Notes under the pieces: model-generated | The model's database searches: none | Seen by the model: only the letters and a program-made list of their open reading frames with translations | Told to the model about the DNA's origin: nothing | Translations under genes and position numbers: made by a program | Part shown: one piece after another, positions 17,845-29,620 of the stretch | Numbering within the stretch: the first letter of the stretch is position 1 | How the letters are laid out: every line of letters starts with the position of its first letter | From: an uncultured Ignavibacteriaceae bacterium | GTDB lineage: Bacteria; Bacteroidota; Ignavibacteria; UBA10030 | DNA: 64,000 nt | NCBI GenBank assembly: GCA_964645575.1 | Contig: CAZYAM010000002.1 | Location: 719 to 64,718 of the forward strand | Direction: 5' to 3'

Positions 17845-19695
17845 TTATTCTTCTATTGTTTCTGCTTTTTTCCTGGATATACGGTTGCGTTCATTATGGT
17901 CAAGATACTTTTTTCGAAGACGGATAGACTTGGGAGTCACTTCCACATATTCATCTTCACCGATCCACTCGATTGCCTGTTCAAGTGTAAGTTTTCGCGG
18001 CGGCTCAAGACGTACAGCTTCATCGGAACCCGAAGCACGCATATTTGTCAATTGCTTCGTTTTACAGACATTAACGACCATGTCGTATTCGCGGGAATTT
18101 TCTCCGACGATCATACCTGCATAAACTTTAATTCCCGGTTCGATGAAAAATGTAGAACGTCCCTGTAATTTCCACATTCCGTATGCAACTGAATCGCCGT
18201 TTTCCAGCGCAATTAATGAACCGCGTGTCCGGTGTGAAAGTTCGCCTTTGAATGGTTCATATCCATGAAAGATATGATGGAGAATGCCCGTACCCTTTGT
18301 CTGAGTCATGAACTCCGATCGAAATCCAATTAATCCGCGTGCGGGCACCAGAAATTCAAGGCGCGTATTGCCCTGGTTTTGCAGCATATGCCGCATTTCG
18401 CCTTTACGTTTACCGAGATTTTCTATGACAACGCCTACAAACTCATCCGGTACATCGATGATCACATGCTCTATTGGTTCGCAGACTACATCGTCGATTC
18501 GCTTGAGAATGACTTCGGGCCGCGAGACCTGAAATTCGTATCCTTCACGCCGCATTGTTTCTATAAGAATACCCAGGTGCAATTCACCTCTACCGCTCAC
18601 TTTGAAGACATCCGGCGAATCTGTTAATTCCACTTTTAAACTGACATTTGAACGAAGTTCACGTGTTAACCGTTCACCAAGGTGGCGCGTGGTTACATAT
18701 TTTCCGTCAAGTCCGGCAAAAGGCGAGTTATTCACGATAAAATTCATAGAAAGAGTGGGTTCTTCAATAGCTACAAACGGCAATGGTGTTGGGTCAGATG
18801 CATCGGCAATAGTCTCGCCTATATCAACGTCTTCCATTCCGGCAACGGCTATAATATCGCCTGTTCCCGCTTCCTCGACTTCAATACGTTTCAACCCCTG
18901 GAATGTATAAATTTTTGTAACACGTGCATCTTCCACCAATCCATCTCTATGAACAATCTTCATTGGTCCGCCGAGAAGAATCTTGCCGCGTGATACACGG
19001 CCAATTCCGAGACGGCCAAGATAGTCGTTATAGTCGATTGTTGTAACAAGCATCTGAAACGGACCTGTAGGATCTCCGGCAGGCTGAGGAACACGATTGA
19101 TAATCGCTTCAAAGAGCGGCTCAAGATTTGTGCTTTCTTGATCCATTTCTTTTTTTGCTATTCCTTGTTTTGCAATGCAATAAATTATAGGAAAATCTAA
19201 TTGCTGATCATGCGCTCCAAGCGAAAGGAACAGTTCAAATACTTCGTCGAGTACCTGGTGCGCGCGCGCATCTTTTCTATCAATTTTATTAATGACGACA
19301 ATAGGCCGGAGATTGAGATCCAGCGATTTTTTAAGTACAAACTTTGTTCCGGGCAACGGTCCTTCGGCGGCATCAACAAGTAAAAGGACGCCATCGACCA
19401 TCTTAAGCGTGCGTTCTACCTCGCCGGAGAAATCAGAGTGGCCCGGAGTATCCACAATATTGATTTTAAATATTTCGTTTGTCTTTGGATCTTTGTACAT
19501 GACAGCGGTATTCTTTGCCAGGATAGTAATGCCGCGTTCTTTTTCCAGGTCGTTGGAGTCCATCACGCGTGTGCCCATATCCTGATTGGCACGGAAGGTT
19601 CCTGTCTGTCTCAGCATAAAATCCACGAGCGTTGTCTTGCCGTGGTCAACGTGTGCAATAATTGCGATATTTCGTATGTTCTTGATTTCTTGCAT
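17845..19695 (-). CDS. typA: Translational GTPase TypA/BipA
   Basis: The sequence has IAIIAHVDHGKTTL, DTPGHSDF and NKIDR. The length is 616 aa. Confidence 0.9.
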   Translation of the reverse strand: MQEIKNIRNIAIIAHVDHGKTTLVDFMLRQTGTFRANQDMGTRVMDSNDLEKERGITILAKNTAVMYKDPKTNEIFKINIVDTPGHSDFSGEVERTLKMVDGVLLLVDAAEGPLPGTKFVLKKSLDLNLRPIVVINKIDRKDARAHQVLDEVFELFLSLGAHDQQLDFPIIYCIAKQGIAKKEMDQESTNLEPLFEAIINRVPQPAGDPTGPFQMLVTTIDYNDYLGRLGIGRVSRGKILLGGPMKIVHRDGLVEDARVTKIYTFQGLKRIEVEEAGTGDIIAVAGMEDVDIGETIADASDPTPLPFVAIEEPTLSMNFIVNNSPFAGLDGKYVTTRHLGERLTRELRSNVSLKVELTDSPDVFKVSGRGELHLGILIETMRREGYEFQVSRPEVILKRIDDVVCEPIEHVIIDVPDEFVGVVIENLGKRKGEMRHMLQNQGNTRLEFLVPARGLIGFRSEFMTQTKGTGILHHIFHGYEPFKGELSHRTRGSLIALENGDSVAYGMWKLQGRSTFFIEPGIKVYAGMIVGENSREYDMVVNVCKTKQLTNMRASGSDEAVRLEPPRKLTLEQAIEWIGEDEYVEVTPKSIRLRKKYLDHNERNRISRKKAETIEE

Positions 19696-19905
19696 TTTTC
19701 CTCAATAGAAAATAAAAATGCCTCAGTCTCAACTTCATTCCTGAGGCATTAATAAGATACGAAATTTTCATTAGAAAAAAAACCTAGAAAGAATCCCGAT
19801 TTCCCTTATTACCGTTGCTCTGATAGAAACCGGGATTCTTCCAAACAATAAAAAGGCTGATTTCTATTGAGAACCAGCCTTGCCGAAAAAGCTTAGAAAA
19901 AATCT

Positions 19906-20919
19906 TTAACGCAGTGAAATACCGATTCCGGCAGCGAATACCGGAGTAGAGGCGATATTGTATTCGGCATGTATATTTACAACAGCCAACAGAAAACGGA
20001 GTCCGATTGTTGCCCGTGATTTATTTTTCCCGTCAAAAGTCATTTCAGGAATAGTAAACGGTGTTTCAGATCCGTCAGGTGTGGTAAACTTGCCGTCAAT
20101 TTGTGAGAGTGTAAATGTAGCTTTTTCCAGCTGGAAGCCGCCGTACACTGTTATAAAAAGCAGTTTCTTGCTTGCTTCAACGCCGTAAGCATAACCGGTC
20201 GCTTTAAAAATGTCTTTATCATCATTCGATTTAAAATTCATTTTTTGCGTCATGAAATGAGCGGCGATATTGACGGGGCACATTGGAATCCATTGATCGA
20301 TACTATAGCGGAGGCCGAAGCCCATATAATTAAATTTACCGGCATCGGCGACTGAAACCGTCGGAATGAATCTGACCATGACTTCTAAACCAAAAGGCAA
20401 ACCGATTGCGGCTTGAGGCATAGGCATGGGTACTGCAGGCAGATCGAATCCGTTAGGAATTTGAAAAAGGATATCACTCCCACCGTTTGCCGCGGTGTAT
20501 GCGTTTCCTGCCAGTGATGGTTTTACTCGAACATAATATTTCGTGTTCTTATCACCAACAGCCGTAGGCACTCCTGGAACAACAGCATCATAATCGACTC
20601 CGGCATGAAGCTGCACAGCCCCATTGCTGATATTGATAAAATCCGGTGTTACAAAATCATATTTCCTATCAGCATCTTTTATCATAGCTAATCCAACTTT
20701 TACACCGACATCAAATCCGAGTACGCCATGCAAATCCGCAGAATGATAGAATGCCGAATTCAAGTCGCCCGCAAAGCCGTTAAAGATCGGACTTACATAA
20801 TTTGCAGCATTTTTAGCGCCTACTCTGCTTAATTCTTCCGCTAAATCCTGCGCAATAATTTGATTTGTTACAGCAGCGATGCAGAAGATTAGAATGAGAT
20901 ACCGTGTGATGAATTTCAT
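19906..20919 (-). CDS. Hypothetical outer-membrane (beta-barrel-like) protein
   Basis: The signal peptide is MKFITRYLILIFCIAAVTNQIIAQ. The sequence is rich in Gly/aromatic alternation. Terminator-like hairpins lie downstream at 19800-19900. Confidence 0.45.
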   Translation of the reverse strand: MKFITRYLILIFCIAAVTNQIIAQDLAEELSRVGAKNAANYVSPIFNGFAGDLNSAFYHSADLHGVLGFDVGVKVGLAMIKDADRKYDFVTPDFINISNGAVQLHAGVDYDAVVPGVPTAVGDKNTKYYVRVKPSLAGNAYTAANGGSDILFQIPNGFDLPAVPMPMPQAAIGLPFGLEVMVRFIPTVSVADAGKFNYMGFGLRYSIDQWIPMCPVNIAAHFMTQKMNFKSNDDKDIFKATGYAYGVEASKKLLFITVYGGFQLEKATFTLSQIDGKFTTPDGSETPFTIPEMTFDGKNKSRATIGLRFLLAVVNIHAEYNIASTPVFAAGIGISLR

Positions 20920-21329
20920 AAAAGTTCTTTCTATATATTGAACAAACACTTATTTTCCAATAATAAATATAAGAGAAGATAGCCGAGAAGCAATGCTTCT
21001 CTCTTTTGAAACGCAGAGATCTGTATTATACGATATGGAGAATTCATTCAGCAGCAGAAAGCATCACATGGCTTATCTCTAATAATTCAGGTGATTATCA
21101 ACGATGTTCCCGGTAAAGATACCCGGATACATATTATTTCCTGTCTATTGCTTCCGTATGCGAATTTTTATAGGTTTAAAAATTGTATGTGGTACCGGAT
21201 TACTTTTTATATACGGCAGATATTTATGTATGTTGAGTTGTTTCTCTTTAAAAATGATATAGATCTCTTATAGTTGAGCAGAAGAGAATTATTCTATAAA
21301 TACAGCATTCAAGAAGATCGGTACAATAG

Positions 21330-24300
21330 ATGAGTGTTGATAGAAAAGGGCGCCAAACACAACGGAAACTTATTCTTATTTTTCTTTTTCTGATAATAAG
21401 TATTTCTATTGCAGCATATTCTTATTATCGCTTTCAACAAAGACGAATTATCGATGAGAAGCAGAATGAACTTGCCGCTATTGTAGATCTGAAAATCCAG
21501 CAAATTATTCAATGGAGAAATGAACGGCTTGGTGATGCTGGAATAATTTTTGAAAATATACTTATTGCTAATCAGGTAAGATCTTTTTTTCAGTCGCCTA
21601 ATGAATTGAATCGAAAAAATGAAGTTAATTCATGGCTGCAATCTTTCCTTAAGCATTATGGATACTCGGCCGCCTTGTTACTTGACACAATGGGAATCGT
21701 TCGTCTTTCAAATCCTGCTGCAGAAGAAGATATTCGACCGCAGGTCCGAGAACTGATCAAGGAAGCAATTATTCAAAAGGAAGTAATTCTTACTGATTTC
21801 CATCGATCGGATGATTCATCAAAAATACAAATCTCTCTCATTACTCCAATTCTAATAAACAAAAAGAATACCAACAGTGTGATTGGCGTATTATTATTAA
21901 ATATAGATCCAAACAAGTTATTGTTTCCTCTTATTCAATTGCAGCCCGCGATGAGCCGTTCCTCCGAGACACTACTAATAGAAAGCGACGGCGATGATGT
22001 TGTTTTCCTGAACGAACTTCGTCATAGGAAGGAAACACTATCCGCATTGAAGCTGCCGGTTTCAAAAGAAAAGCTGCCCGCAGCTATGGCGGTGCGCGGC
22101 ATCGAGGGTATTGTGGAAGGAATAGATTATCGTGGAATTCCCGTTCTTGCCGTAATGAAAAGAATTCCTGACTCCCCCTGGTTTATAGTTACAAAAGTGG
22201 ATCAAGAGGAGATCTACGCACCACTTCGGTTTCATACTTGGTTGATTGGCGGAATAACAATCATTTTTATTCTTGCATCAGGTATACTTCTTTACATCTG
22301 GTGGCAGAACAAACAGCATCAAGCAAAGATTGAACGTTTGGCGTTACTTAAACACTTCGAATACTTGGTCAAATATGCTCACGATGTTTATATTCTGGCA
22401 AATGAAAATCTTGAAATTATCGAAGTCAATGACCGTGCGCTAGAAACGTACGGATATACACGCGACGAGATGCTGGCATTGAATATCAAAAATCTGCATA
22501 TCATATCGCTTGAAGAACTCCCGGAAAAAATCAAGTCCGATATCGAGCATGAGGGAGTTACATTTGAATCGATTCACCGGCGAAAGAACGGCAGCACTTT
22601 TCCTGTCGAATTAAGCGTACGCCTTATTGAAATAGAAGGAAAGAAATTCTATCAGGGCATTATTAGGGATATTGCGGAAAGAAAAGAAGCAGAGGAAATT
22701 TTAAAAGAATCCGAAGAAAAATTCCGCACTTTTGCCGATCAGTCTCCTAATATGATTTTTATAAACTATAACGGGAAAGTTGTCTATGTAAATGAAAAAT
22801 GTGAAGAGCAAACGGGGTATACAAAAGAAGAGTTTTATTCTCCTGATTTCGATTTCCTTAAATTAACCGCTCCGGAGCATGTAGAGCTTCTTAAGGAAAA
22901 GTTTCGCAAACATACAGAAGGCGAAGAAGTTCCAGCGTATGAATATACAGTATTGAAAAAAAATGGGGAACGGAATGACGTAATTATTACGACAAAACTC
23001 ATACCGTACGAAAACGGGAAAGCAATTCTCGGTATGATTACAGATATTACTGAACGCAAGAAAACCGAAGAATCATTGCTCAAATTTCGATTAGGCATTG
23101 AACGTTCTCCCGATGCAATCTTTATCACCGATCCTTCAGGAATCATTGTCTTCGTAAATCCGGCTTTCGAACGGTTGTACGGTTATAGCTTTCAGGAATC
23201 CGTTGGAAATATGCCTCGTACTCTCAAATCGGGAACCATTCCTTCAGAAGATTACGAGCGCTTTTGGAGTAATCTCCTCTCAAAGAATGTGGTTTCCAGT
23301 GAAATTATCAACAAAACAAAGGATGGCCGACCTGTACATATTGAAGGTACAAATAATCCGATCCTTAATGATCAAGGTAAAATTATCGGCTTTTTAGGAA
23401 TACATCGTGATATTACAGACCGGAAACAAAAAGAAGAGGAGTTACAACAATCTTTTTCGCTCCTTCAAGCAACATTGGAATCCACTGCTGATGGGATTTT
23501 AGTTGTGGGTTTCAATGGAAACATCACTAATTACAATGTTCAATTTATCAAGATGTGGAATATCCCTGAAAACATCATGAAAGAAGGCAAGGATAGAGAA
23601 ACAATTAGTTTTATTCTATCTCAGTTAAAATCTCCGAAAGATTTTGTCAAAAAGGTGAACACGCTTTATTCTAATCCGGAAGAAGAGAGTTTTGATGTTC
23701 TGGAATTCAAAGACGGCAGAACATTTGAGCGCTATTCGCGTCCTCAACGAATAGAAGGACGGCCTGTCGGGCGGGTATGGAGTTTCCGCGATATCACTCA
23801 GCGGAAACTTGCGGAAGAACAGCTGCAAGAAAGTGAAGAGCGTTACCGCCGTCTTGTGGAATACTCACCCGACGCTATTGCTGTGCATGGTGAAGGAAAG
23901 TTCTTGTTTGCAAATCCCGCGGCTATAAAGCTTATTGGTGCTACCGATGAATCCCAGTTGATTGGAATGCCGGTTATGAAAGTAATACATCCGGATTATA
24001 TAGAGATAGTCCGACAGCGAATGCTAATAGGAATGAAAGAAAGAAAAGCATTGCCGCCTATGGAAGAAAAATTTATACGTCTGGATGATTCGGTTATAGA
24101 TGTAGAAGTGACTTCATTACCGATTATTTTCAAGGGAAAATCCGCGACTCAAGTTGTCGTACGAAACATTACGGAACAAAAGAAATTACAATATCAATTT
24201 TTCCAATCTCAAAAAATCCAGAGTATTGGCACGCTTGCCGGCGGAATTGCACATGATTTCAATAATATCCTGGCAATTATTCTTGGGTATTCTTCAACAT

Positions 24301-25343
24301 TGGAAAAGAATAGAAGCGATTCCAAGAAACATGCGGAAGGCATTTCAGCAATTAATCAAGCAATAGATCGAGGCGCCGCGCTTGTTCGGCAAATACTTAC
24401 ATTTGCACGGAAAACCGATGTCATATTCGAGCCGGTCAGCGTTCCGGATCTTATACATGAACTTCTTTCAATGTTAAAAGAGACTTTTTCAAAGACCATT
24501 ACATTCACACAAACCTATACACCGGAAATTCCAGATATTATTGCTGATCGCACGCAAATCCATCAAACACTCTTAAACCTTTGTGTTAATGCGCGTGATG
24601 CAATGCCGAATGGCGGATCAATCACAATTAAGGCGGAGCAGTGGAAAAGAGAAGACATACATAGACGTTTCCCTTCAGCTCCCGAAGAAACGTATGTCTG
24701 TATCAGCGTGGCAGATACCGGAATGGGGATGGATGAAACGACCTATACTCGTGTATTCGATCCCTTTTTTACAACAAAGGAAAAGGGAAAGGGAACCGGT
24801 CTCGGTCTTTCAGTTGTATATGGTGTGATGCAATCACATCATGGATTTGTGGATGTAGAAAGCAAAGTAGGAGTAGGAACTACATTTTATTTGTTCTTTC
24901 CTGTCTCAAATATGGAAGAGAAACCGATTGATGTGGTACCGCAGGAAAACGAAAAATTTACCGGCGGCACAGAGACAATACTTTTTGTCGAAGATGAATA
25001 TCTTTTACTGAAAGCGGTAAGACGTTTTTTGAAATCCTTTGGATACAGTGTCTATGTTGCTGCAGACGGTGAAGAAGCTATAGACGTTTTTACCAGGCAT
25101 CAGGACGAGATAGCTCTCGTGCTCTCCGATGTCGGTTTGCCTAAAATGAGCGGGATTGATGTGTTTAAAAAACTCAGAAGTATTAATCCTCAGGTGAAAG
25201 TCCTTCTTGCAAGCGGTTTTTTTGAACCCGATCTCAAACAATCTCTTAAAAAGCTGGGAGTGCGAGGATTCATTCAGAAGCCCTACTCGAATGATGAAGT
25301 CTTGCGAAAGCTTCGGGAGATTTTAGATGAAAAAAGCACGTAA
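21330..25343 (+). CDS. Multi-sensor hybrid histidine kinase (periplasmic sensor, TM, several PAS/PAC domains, HisKA, HATPase_c, C-terminal receiver)
   Basis: TM helices flank a ~270-aa periplasmic region. Repeated PAS-like blocks are present. The H-box is GIAHDFNNIL. N/G1/G2 boxes are present (NLCVNARDAM, DTGMGM, GTGLGLS). The C-terminal REC has EDE and LVLSDVGLPKMSG. Confidence 0.85.
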   Translation: MSVDRKGRQTQRKLILIFLFLIISISIAAYSYYRFQQRRIIDEKQNELAAIVDLKIQQIIQWRNERLGDAGIIFENILIANQVRSFFQSPNELNRKNEVNSWLQSFLKHYGYSAALLLDTMGIVRLSNPAAEEDIRPQVRELIKEAIIQKEVILTDFHRSDDSSKIQISLITPILINKKNTNSVIGVLLLNIDPNKLLFPLIQLQPAMSRSSETLLIESDGDDVVFLNELRHRKETLSALKLPVSKEKLPAAMAVRGIEGIVEGIDYRGIPVLAVMKRIPDSPWFIVTKVDQEEIYAPLRFHTWLIGGITIIFILASGILLYIWWQNKQHQAKIERLALLKHFEYLVKYAHDVYILANENLEIIEVNDRALETYGYTRDEMLALNIKNLHIISLEELPEKIKSDIEHEGVTFESIHRRKNGSTFPVELSVRLIEIEGKKFYQGIIRDIAERKEAEEILKESEEKFRTFADQSPNMIFINYNGKVVYVNEKCEEQTGYTKEEFYSPDFDFLKLTAPEHVELLKEKFRKHTEGEEVPAYEYTVLKKNGERNDVIITTKLIPYENGKAILGMITDITERKKTEESLLKFRLGIERSPDAIFITDPSGIIVFVNPAFERLYGYSFQESVGNMPRTLKSGTIPSEDYERFWSNLLSKNVVSSEIINKTKDGRPVHIEGTNNPILNDQGKIIGFLGIHRDITDRKQKEEELQQSFSLLQATLESTADGILVVGFNGNITNYNVQFIKMWNIPENIMKEGKDRETISFILSQLKSPKDFVKKVNTLYSNPEEESFDVLEFKDGRTFERYSRPQRIEGRPVGRVWSFRDITQRKLAEEQLQESEERYRRLVEYSPDAIAVHGEGKFLFANPAAIKLIGATDESQLIGMPVMKVIHPDYIEIVRQRMLIGMKERKALPPMEEKFIRLDDSVIDVEVTSLPIIFKGKSATQVVVRNITEQKKLQYQFFQSQKIQSIGTLAGGIAHDFNNILAIILGYSSTLEKNRSDSKKHAEGISAINQAIDRGAALVRQILTFARKTDVIFEPVSVPDLIHELLSMLKETFSKTITFTQTYTPEIPDIIADRTQIHQTLLNLCVNARDAMPNGGSITIKAEQWKREDIHRRFPSAPEETYVCISVADTGMGMDETTYTRVFDPFFTTKEKGKGTGLGLSVVYGVMQSHHGFVDVESKVGVGTTFYLFFPVSNMEEKPIDVVPQENEKFTGGTETILFVEDEYLLLKAVRRFLKSFGYSVYVAADGEEAIDVFTRHQDEIALVLSDVGLPKMSGIDVFKKLRSINPQVKVLLASGFFEPDLKQSLKKLGVRGFIQKPYSNDEVLRKLREILDEKST

Positions 25344-25474
25344 GAGAATGTAAATATTCATATATCGTGCAAATCATTCAATCATAACAAATTCTACAAC
25401 GGCATTTTTCATCCGGGTGATCCGGCGGAAATAATCGGTCGCTGTTCATTAAATATTCAAGAAAGGACAGTTTT

Positions 25475-25843
25475 ATGTTCGCGCATATCAGGCGATTCAC
25501 TTCATTATTCATCCTTTTACTCGGCGTGTTGATACCGCTTACATCTATAGCGCAGGTACTGCCGCAACGCGTGTCCATTGAGAAGCATATAAAGATTCTA
25601 AAAGACAAACTCAAACTAAATGATGAACAAATAAAAAAGATTAAATACGTACTCGAAGATCAGCGTGAAGAATTATCCATAGCAATGCATGACAACCGCG
25701 GCGATAGTCAGGCAATGGATGAAGCGGTACAAGAGATAAGGAAAAATACTGATAATAAAATCAAAGCGATTCTTAATGAAAAGCAGATCGAGGTTTATAA
25801 TAAAATCATTGAAGAACGCGAACATGCAGAAAAAAGACGGTGA
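25475..25843 (+). CDS. Periplasmic LTXXQ-motif (Spy/CpxP-like) protein
   Basis: It has a signal peptide and two LNxxQ motifs (LNDEQIKKIK; LNEKQIEVYN). The protein is helical and charged. Confidence 0.4.
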   Translation: MFAHIRRFTSLFILLLGVLIPLTSIAQVLPQRVSIEKHIKILKDKLKLNDEQIKKIKYVLEDQREELSIAMHDNRGDSQAMDEAVQEIRKNTDNKIKAILNEKQIEVYNKIIEEREHAEKRR

Positions 25844-26032
25844 TAATTAGAAAACGTCGGATTTATAACAAAAGACAATGTATCGGTTAGAATAATACCT
25901 TGGAAAGTATAATTATAGCCGGGTTTTTACCGACCGGCTTTTATATTTTTATAATAAAACTTTTACATACCCGTTCTTGCTTCTCTCTCCATTTCTCGGT
26001 ACTATTTTTCTGTAACTATTCTGCGGATAGAA

Positions 26033-26530
26033 ATGCAAACTTATATACGCTCTGCTTTTATAATCATAGGTTTGGTGCTGCTTCAAACCACCTTCATCCC
26101 GTTTATCTCTCTTAGCGGATATCTACCCGATATATTTATTCTATACCTGGTATATATTGCTTTACGCCGCGGACAAATAGAAGCGACCATCTATGGATTT
26201 ATCATCGGATTGCTTCAGGATATAATCACGATAAAGTTTTTTGGTCTGGCCGCGTTCTCGAAGACCATTTCAGGATTCGTTATCGGCTATTTTTACAACG
26301 AAAATACAGTTGAGCAGACACTCGGATCATATCGATATCTATTGCTGATCGGGATGTGTTCGATAGTTCATAGCTTCTTGTATTTTTCTATTTTTTTTCA
26401 GGGCAGCGAAAACGCAATATTCCTTTCGGTTCTTGAATCTACATTGGGAATGACGCTGTATACGATCATCATCGGCATTCTGCCCATGTTTTTCTTCGCC
26501 CGAAAATTTAATGTTCCATATGCCCAATGA
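26033..26530 (+). CDS. mreD: Rod shape-determining protein MreD
   Basis: It is a 165-aa polytopic membrane protein immediately upstream of, and overlapping, mrdA. This is the canonical mreD position. Confidence 0.55.
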   Translation: MQTYIRSAFIIIGLVLLQTTFIPFISLSGYLPDIFILYLVYIALRRGQIEATIYGFIIGLLQDIITIKFFGLAAFSKTISGFVIGYFYNENTVEQTLGSYRYLLLIGMCSIVHSFLYFSIFFQGSENAIFLSVLESTLGMTLYTIIIGILPMFFFARKFNVPYAQ

Positions 26531-28371
26531 TTACTGATGACAAAATTGATGTATCTTCGCGAAGACGCATATTAGCTATTGTCATTATAGTTGTATTTGC
26601 TATTCTTTTTCTTCGACTCTACCATCTACAGCTGCTGTCCTATTCGGAATTCGGAAAAAAATCCGAGGAAAACAGTGTACGCGTTGTTATAAAAGAACCG
26701 GTGCGAGGATATATGTTCGATCGCAACGATCGTCTTGTTGTGGATGTAGGGCCGGCGTACACAGTTACCGTCACACCTGCATCTTTCGATACAAACAATC
26801 TCGTTTTTTTAAGTTCACTAATGCAAGTAGATCCTGCGGTAATTAAGGAACGCATCAATCGCGGTCGTACGTATTCGCGATTTTCTCCTGTACGAATTCT
26901 TCGTGATATTGATTTTAAAACCCTTTCTAAATTGGAAGAAAACCTTTACTTGCTTCCCGGGGTTAATTATGAGGTGGAATCAAAACGCTTATATCCATTC
27001 GGCAAATGTGCGTCCCATTTGCTTGGATATTGTAAAGAAATAACCGATGAGCAACTGAAGCGGACCGGTACGGTGTACCAGCAAGGAGATCTTGTCGGGT
27101 CATCGGGATTAGAGGCAAGTTATGAGACATTCCTCCGTGGTGAAAAGGGATACGAGTTCATCTCGGTCAATTCCAAAGGTCAGCTTCTTGGATCTCTGGA
27201 AGAAGGACGGCGTGATATTCCTTCGAAAGAAGGATTCGATCTTATACTGAGCATTGATTTTGGGCTTCAAGCATTCGCTGAATCACTCATGACAAAATAT
27301 CGTGGTGCATTGGTTGCCATTGATCCAAACGACGGCGGTATTCTTGCGATGGTAAGCAAGCCGGATTTCGATCCGGCAATATTCAGCGGTGTAACTTCAT
27401 CTGAAGTTTGGACAAAATTGAATACCGATCCCGACAAACCTCTTTTCAATCGTGCCACGATGACGCGTTATCCGCCCGGTTCTACATTCAAGATGCTTAT
27501 TGCAGCTGCGGCACTGGAGGAAGGTATCATTAACGAACGTTACCGCATAACATGCAGAGGGTCATTCCGATTCGGGAATAGAATTTTTAAAGATGTGCAC
27601 GTGCATGGATCCGTAAATGTTGTGCAGGCTATTCAAAAATCGTGTGATGTGTTTTTTTATCAGCTTATCTTAAAAGTTGGATTGGATAAGCTTAATGAAT
27701 ACGGCAGGCGGTTTGGTTTCAGTAAGTCGACCGGAATTGACATTGGAGAGGAAACATCGGGACTTATTCCATCCGCAGAATACTACGACCGAGTATACGG
27801 AAAAGATAAATGGACACAAGGAAATCTTGTCAGTCTCGGTATCGGCCAAGGGGAGATCGGTGTATCGCCGCTGCAGATGGCGCGATATGTTGCGGTTTTT
27901 GCAAACAACGGTACACTTATTCAGCCTCATGCGGTTAATTCAATCCGCAATAAACGCACAAACAGAATCGACATTATTGGTCATAAGGAAATTCCGGTGT
28001 GGCTTAATTATGATGTAATGAGAATGATCAGAGAAGGCATGCGGCGTGTTGTTGAAGAACCTGGAGGTACCGGCAGCCTGGCGCGTATCTCTGGTATCGT
28101 CTCAGCCGGAAAAACTGGAACTGCACAAAATCCGCATGGTGCAGATCATGCATGGTATGTTGGTTTTGCTCCTTTTGATCAGCCAAGAATTGCGATTGCC
28201 GTTATGCTGGAAAATGCCGGATACGGTGGGACAAAAGCAGCTCCTATTGCCGGCATGGTTATGGAAAAATATCTTTTCGGTGAATTGCGCCGGAAAGTGA
28301 CCAAACCTGTGTCTGCAGCGATCCCACGTGATACTACATTATTGAAAACAACAGAAAAAGGAGAGCATTAG
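26527..28371 (+). CDS. mrdA: Penicillin-binding protein 2 (elongasome transpeptidase)
   Basis: An N-terminal TM is followed by an SxxK (PPGSTFK), an SxN region (KSCDVFF) and KTGTAQ. The protein is 614 aa and sits upstream of rodA. Confidence 0.85.
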   Translation: MITDDKIDVSSRRRILAIVIIVVFAILFLRLYHLQLLSYSEFGKKSEENSVRVVIKEPVRGYMFDRNDRLVVDVGPAYTVTVTPASFDTNNLVFLSSLMQVDPAVIKERINRGRTYSRFSPVRILRDIDFKTLSKLEENLYLLPGVNYEVESKRLYPFGKCASHLLGYCKEITDEQLKRTGTVYQQGDLVGSSGLEASYETFLRGEKGYEFISVNSKGQLLGSLEEGRRDIPSKEGFDLILSIDFGLQAFAESLMTKYRGALVAIDPNDGGILAMVSKPDFDPAIFSGVTSSEVWTKLNTDPDKPLFNRATMTRYPPGSTFKMLIAAAALEEGIINERYRITCRGSFRFGNRIFKDVHVHGSVNVVQAIQKSCDVFFYQLILKVGLDKLNEYGRRFGFSKSTGIDIGEETSGLIPSAEYYDRVYGKDKWTQGNLVSLGIGQGEIGVSPLQMARYVAVFANNGTLIQPHAVNSIRNKRTNRIDIIGHKEIPVWLNYDVMRMIREGMRRVVEEPGGTGSLARISGIVSAGKTGTAQNPHGADHAWYVGFAPFDQPRIAIAVMLENAGYGGTKAAPIAGMVMEKYLFGELRRKVTKPVSAAIPRDTTLLKTTEKGEH

Positions 28372-28372
28372 T

Positions 28373-29590
28373 ATGTTCTCGTACTTTAAAGAATATTTCG
28401 ATTTCCGCGCGCTTTTCATCTGCCTTGCCTTGGTAATCGTTGGTTTGATATGTATATACAGTGCAACATTTGATATTAATAATGCAGCGAACTTCCACCG
28501 TCAAGCTCTTTGGGCCGGTATTGGTTTCATCATCATGATAGTTATATCGTTTGTACCTCTCCGAACTTTACAACGGCTTTCAATCACTTTCTATTTTATC
28601 GCAATTGCTACTCTTGTAATTATTCTGGTTGTCGGAAGCACTGTGAAAGGTTCTAAAAGCTGGTTCGGACTTATAGGTCTGGGCGGGCAGCCGTCTGAAT
28701 TTGCAAAAATTACAACTGTACTAGCGTTTGCTTCATATATTTCAAAAACCGATGTTTCTATCTCGAAAGTAAAACATCTTTTCATATCATTAGGTATATT
28801 CGCAGTACCGATGTTCCTTATTCTTGCGCAACCTGACCTCGGAACTACCATTGTTTTCTTTGTAGTTCTGTTGCCGTTGCTGTATTGGGCGGGCGCATCA
28901 AATTTTATTCTTGTTTCTATCCTCGTTCCTATTTTGGCGGCATTTGGCGCCCTTTTAGGTACGACTTATTTTATAATTGCAGTTGCTATCGGTGCGATTC
29001 TACTCTACATTTTTCGCGAGAACAAATTTACGGTTGCTGTAGCTTTCGGCATTATGCTGGCAATAGGACTTTCCGTGCAGGTCATGTACGAAAGCATGCA
29101 CGTCTATCAGCAAAAAAGAATTTCTGCATTTTTGAATCCTGAAGCCGACCCTTTAGGTGCCGGTTATAATGTGGTTCAATCCAAGATTGCTATCGGATCA
29201 GGCGGATTTTTTGGCAAGGGATTTCTTAAGGGAACGCAGACACAGCTGAATTATATCCCTGAACAATGGACAGATTTCATTTTTTGTGTTACCGGAGAAG
29301 AGTTCGGAACTCTGGGAGCATCGATCGTATTAGGTTTGTTTGCTGCGCTTCTGCTGCATGCTCTTCGAGTTGCGAGTATTTCAAGAAATAGATTCAGCAG
29401 CCTGGCAGCGATCGGTATAATGGGAATTTTTGGAACGCATATCGTTATCAATACCGGTATGTCGATGGGATTGATGCCTGTGGTCGGTCTTCCGCTGCCG
29501 TTTCTCAGCTATGGCGGTTCTTCACTCGTTGCCAATATGATAATGGCAGGATTGCTGATGAACTTCTATGCGAATCGAAAAGAATATTAA
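28373..29590 (+). CDS. rodA: SEDS-family peptidoglycan glycosyltransferase RodA
   Basis: It is a 405-aa 10-TM FtsW/RodA/SpoVE-family protein downstream of mrdA. Confidence 0.85.
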   Translation: MFSYFKEYFDFRALFICLALVIVGLICIYSATFDINNAANFHRQALWAGIGFIIMIVISFVPLRTLQRLSITFYFIAIATLVIILVVGSTVKGSKSWFGLIGLGGQPSEFAKITTVLAFASYISKTDVSISKVKHLFISLGIFAVPMFLILAQPDLGTTIVFFVVLLPLLYWAGASNFILVSILVPILAAFGALLGTTYFIIAVAIGAILLYIFRENKFTVAVAFGIMLAIGLSVQVMYESMHVYQQKRISAFLNPEADPLGAGYNVVQSKIAIGSGGFFGKGFLKGTQTQLNYIPEQWTDFIFCVTGEEFGTLGASIVLGLFAALLLHALRVASISRNRFSSLAAIGIMGIFGTHIVINTGMSMGLMPVVGLPLPFLSYGGSSLVANMIMAGLLMNFYANRKEY

Positions 29591-29620
29591 CCGCAGTCTA
29601 TTAACTAATGACCGGTTTTG

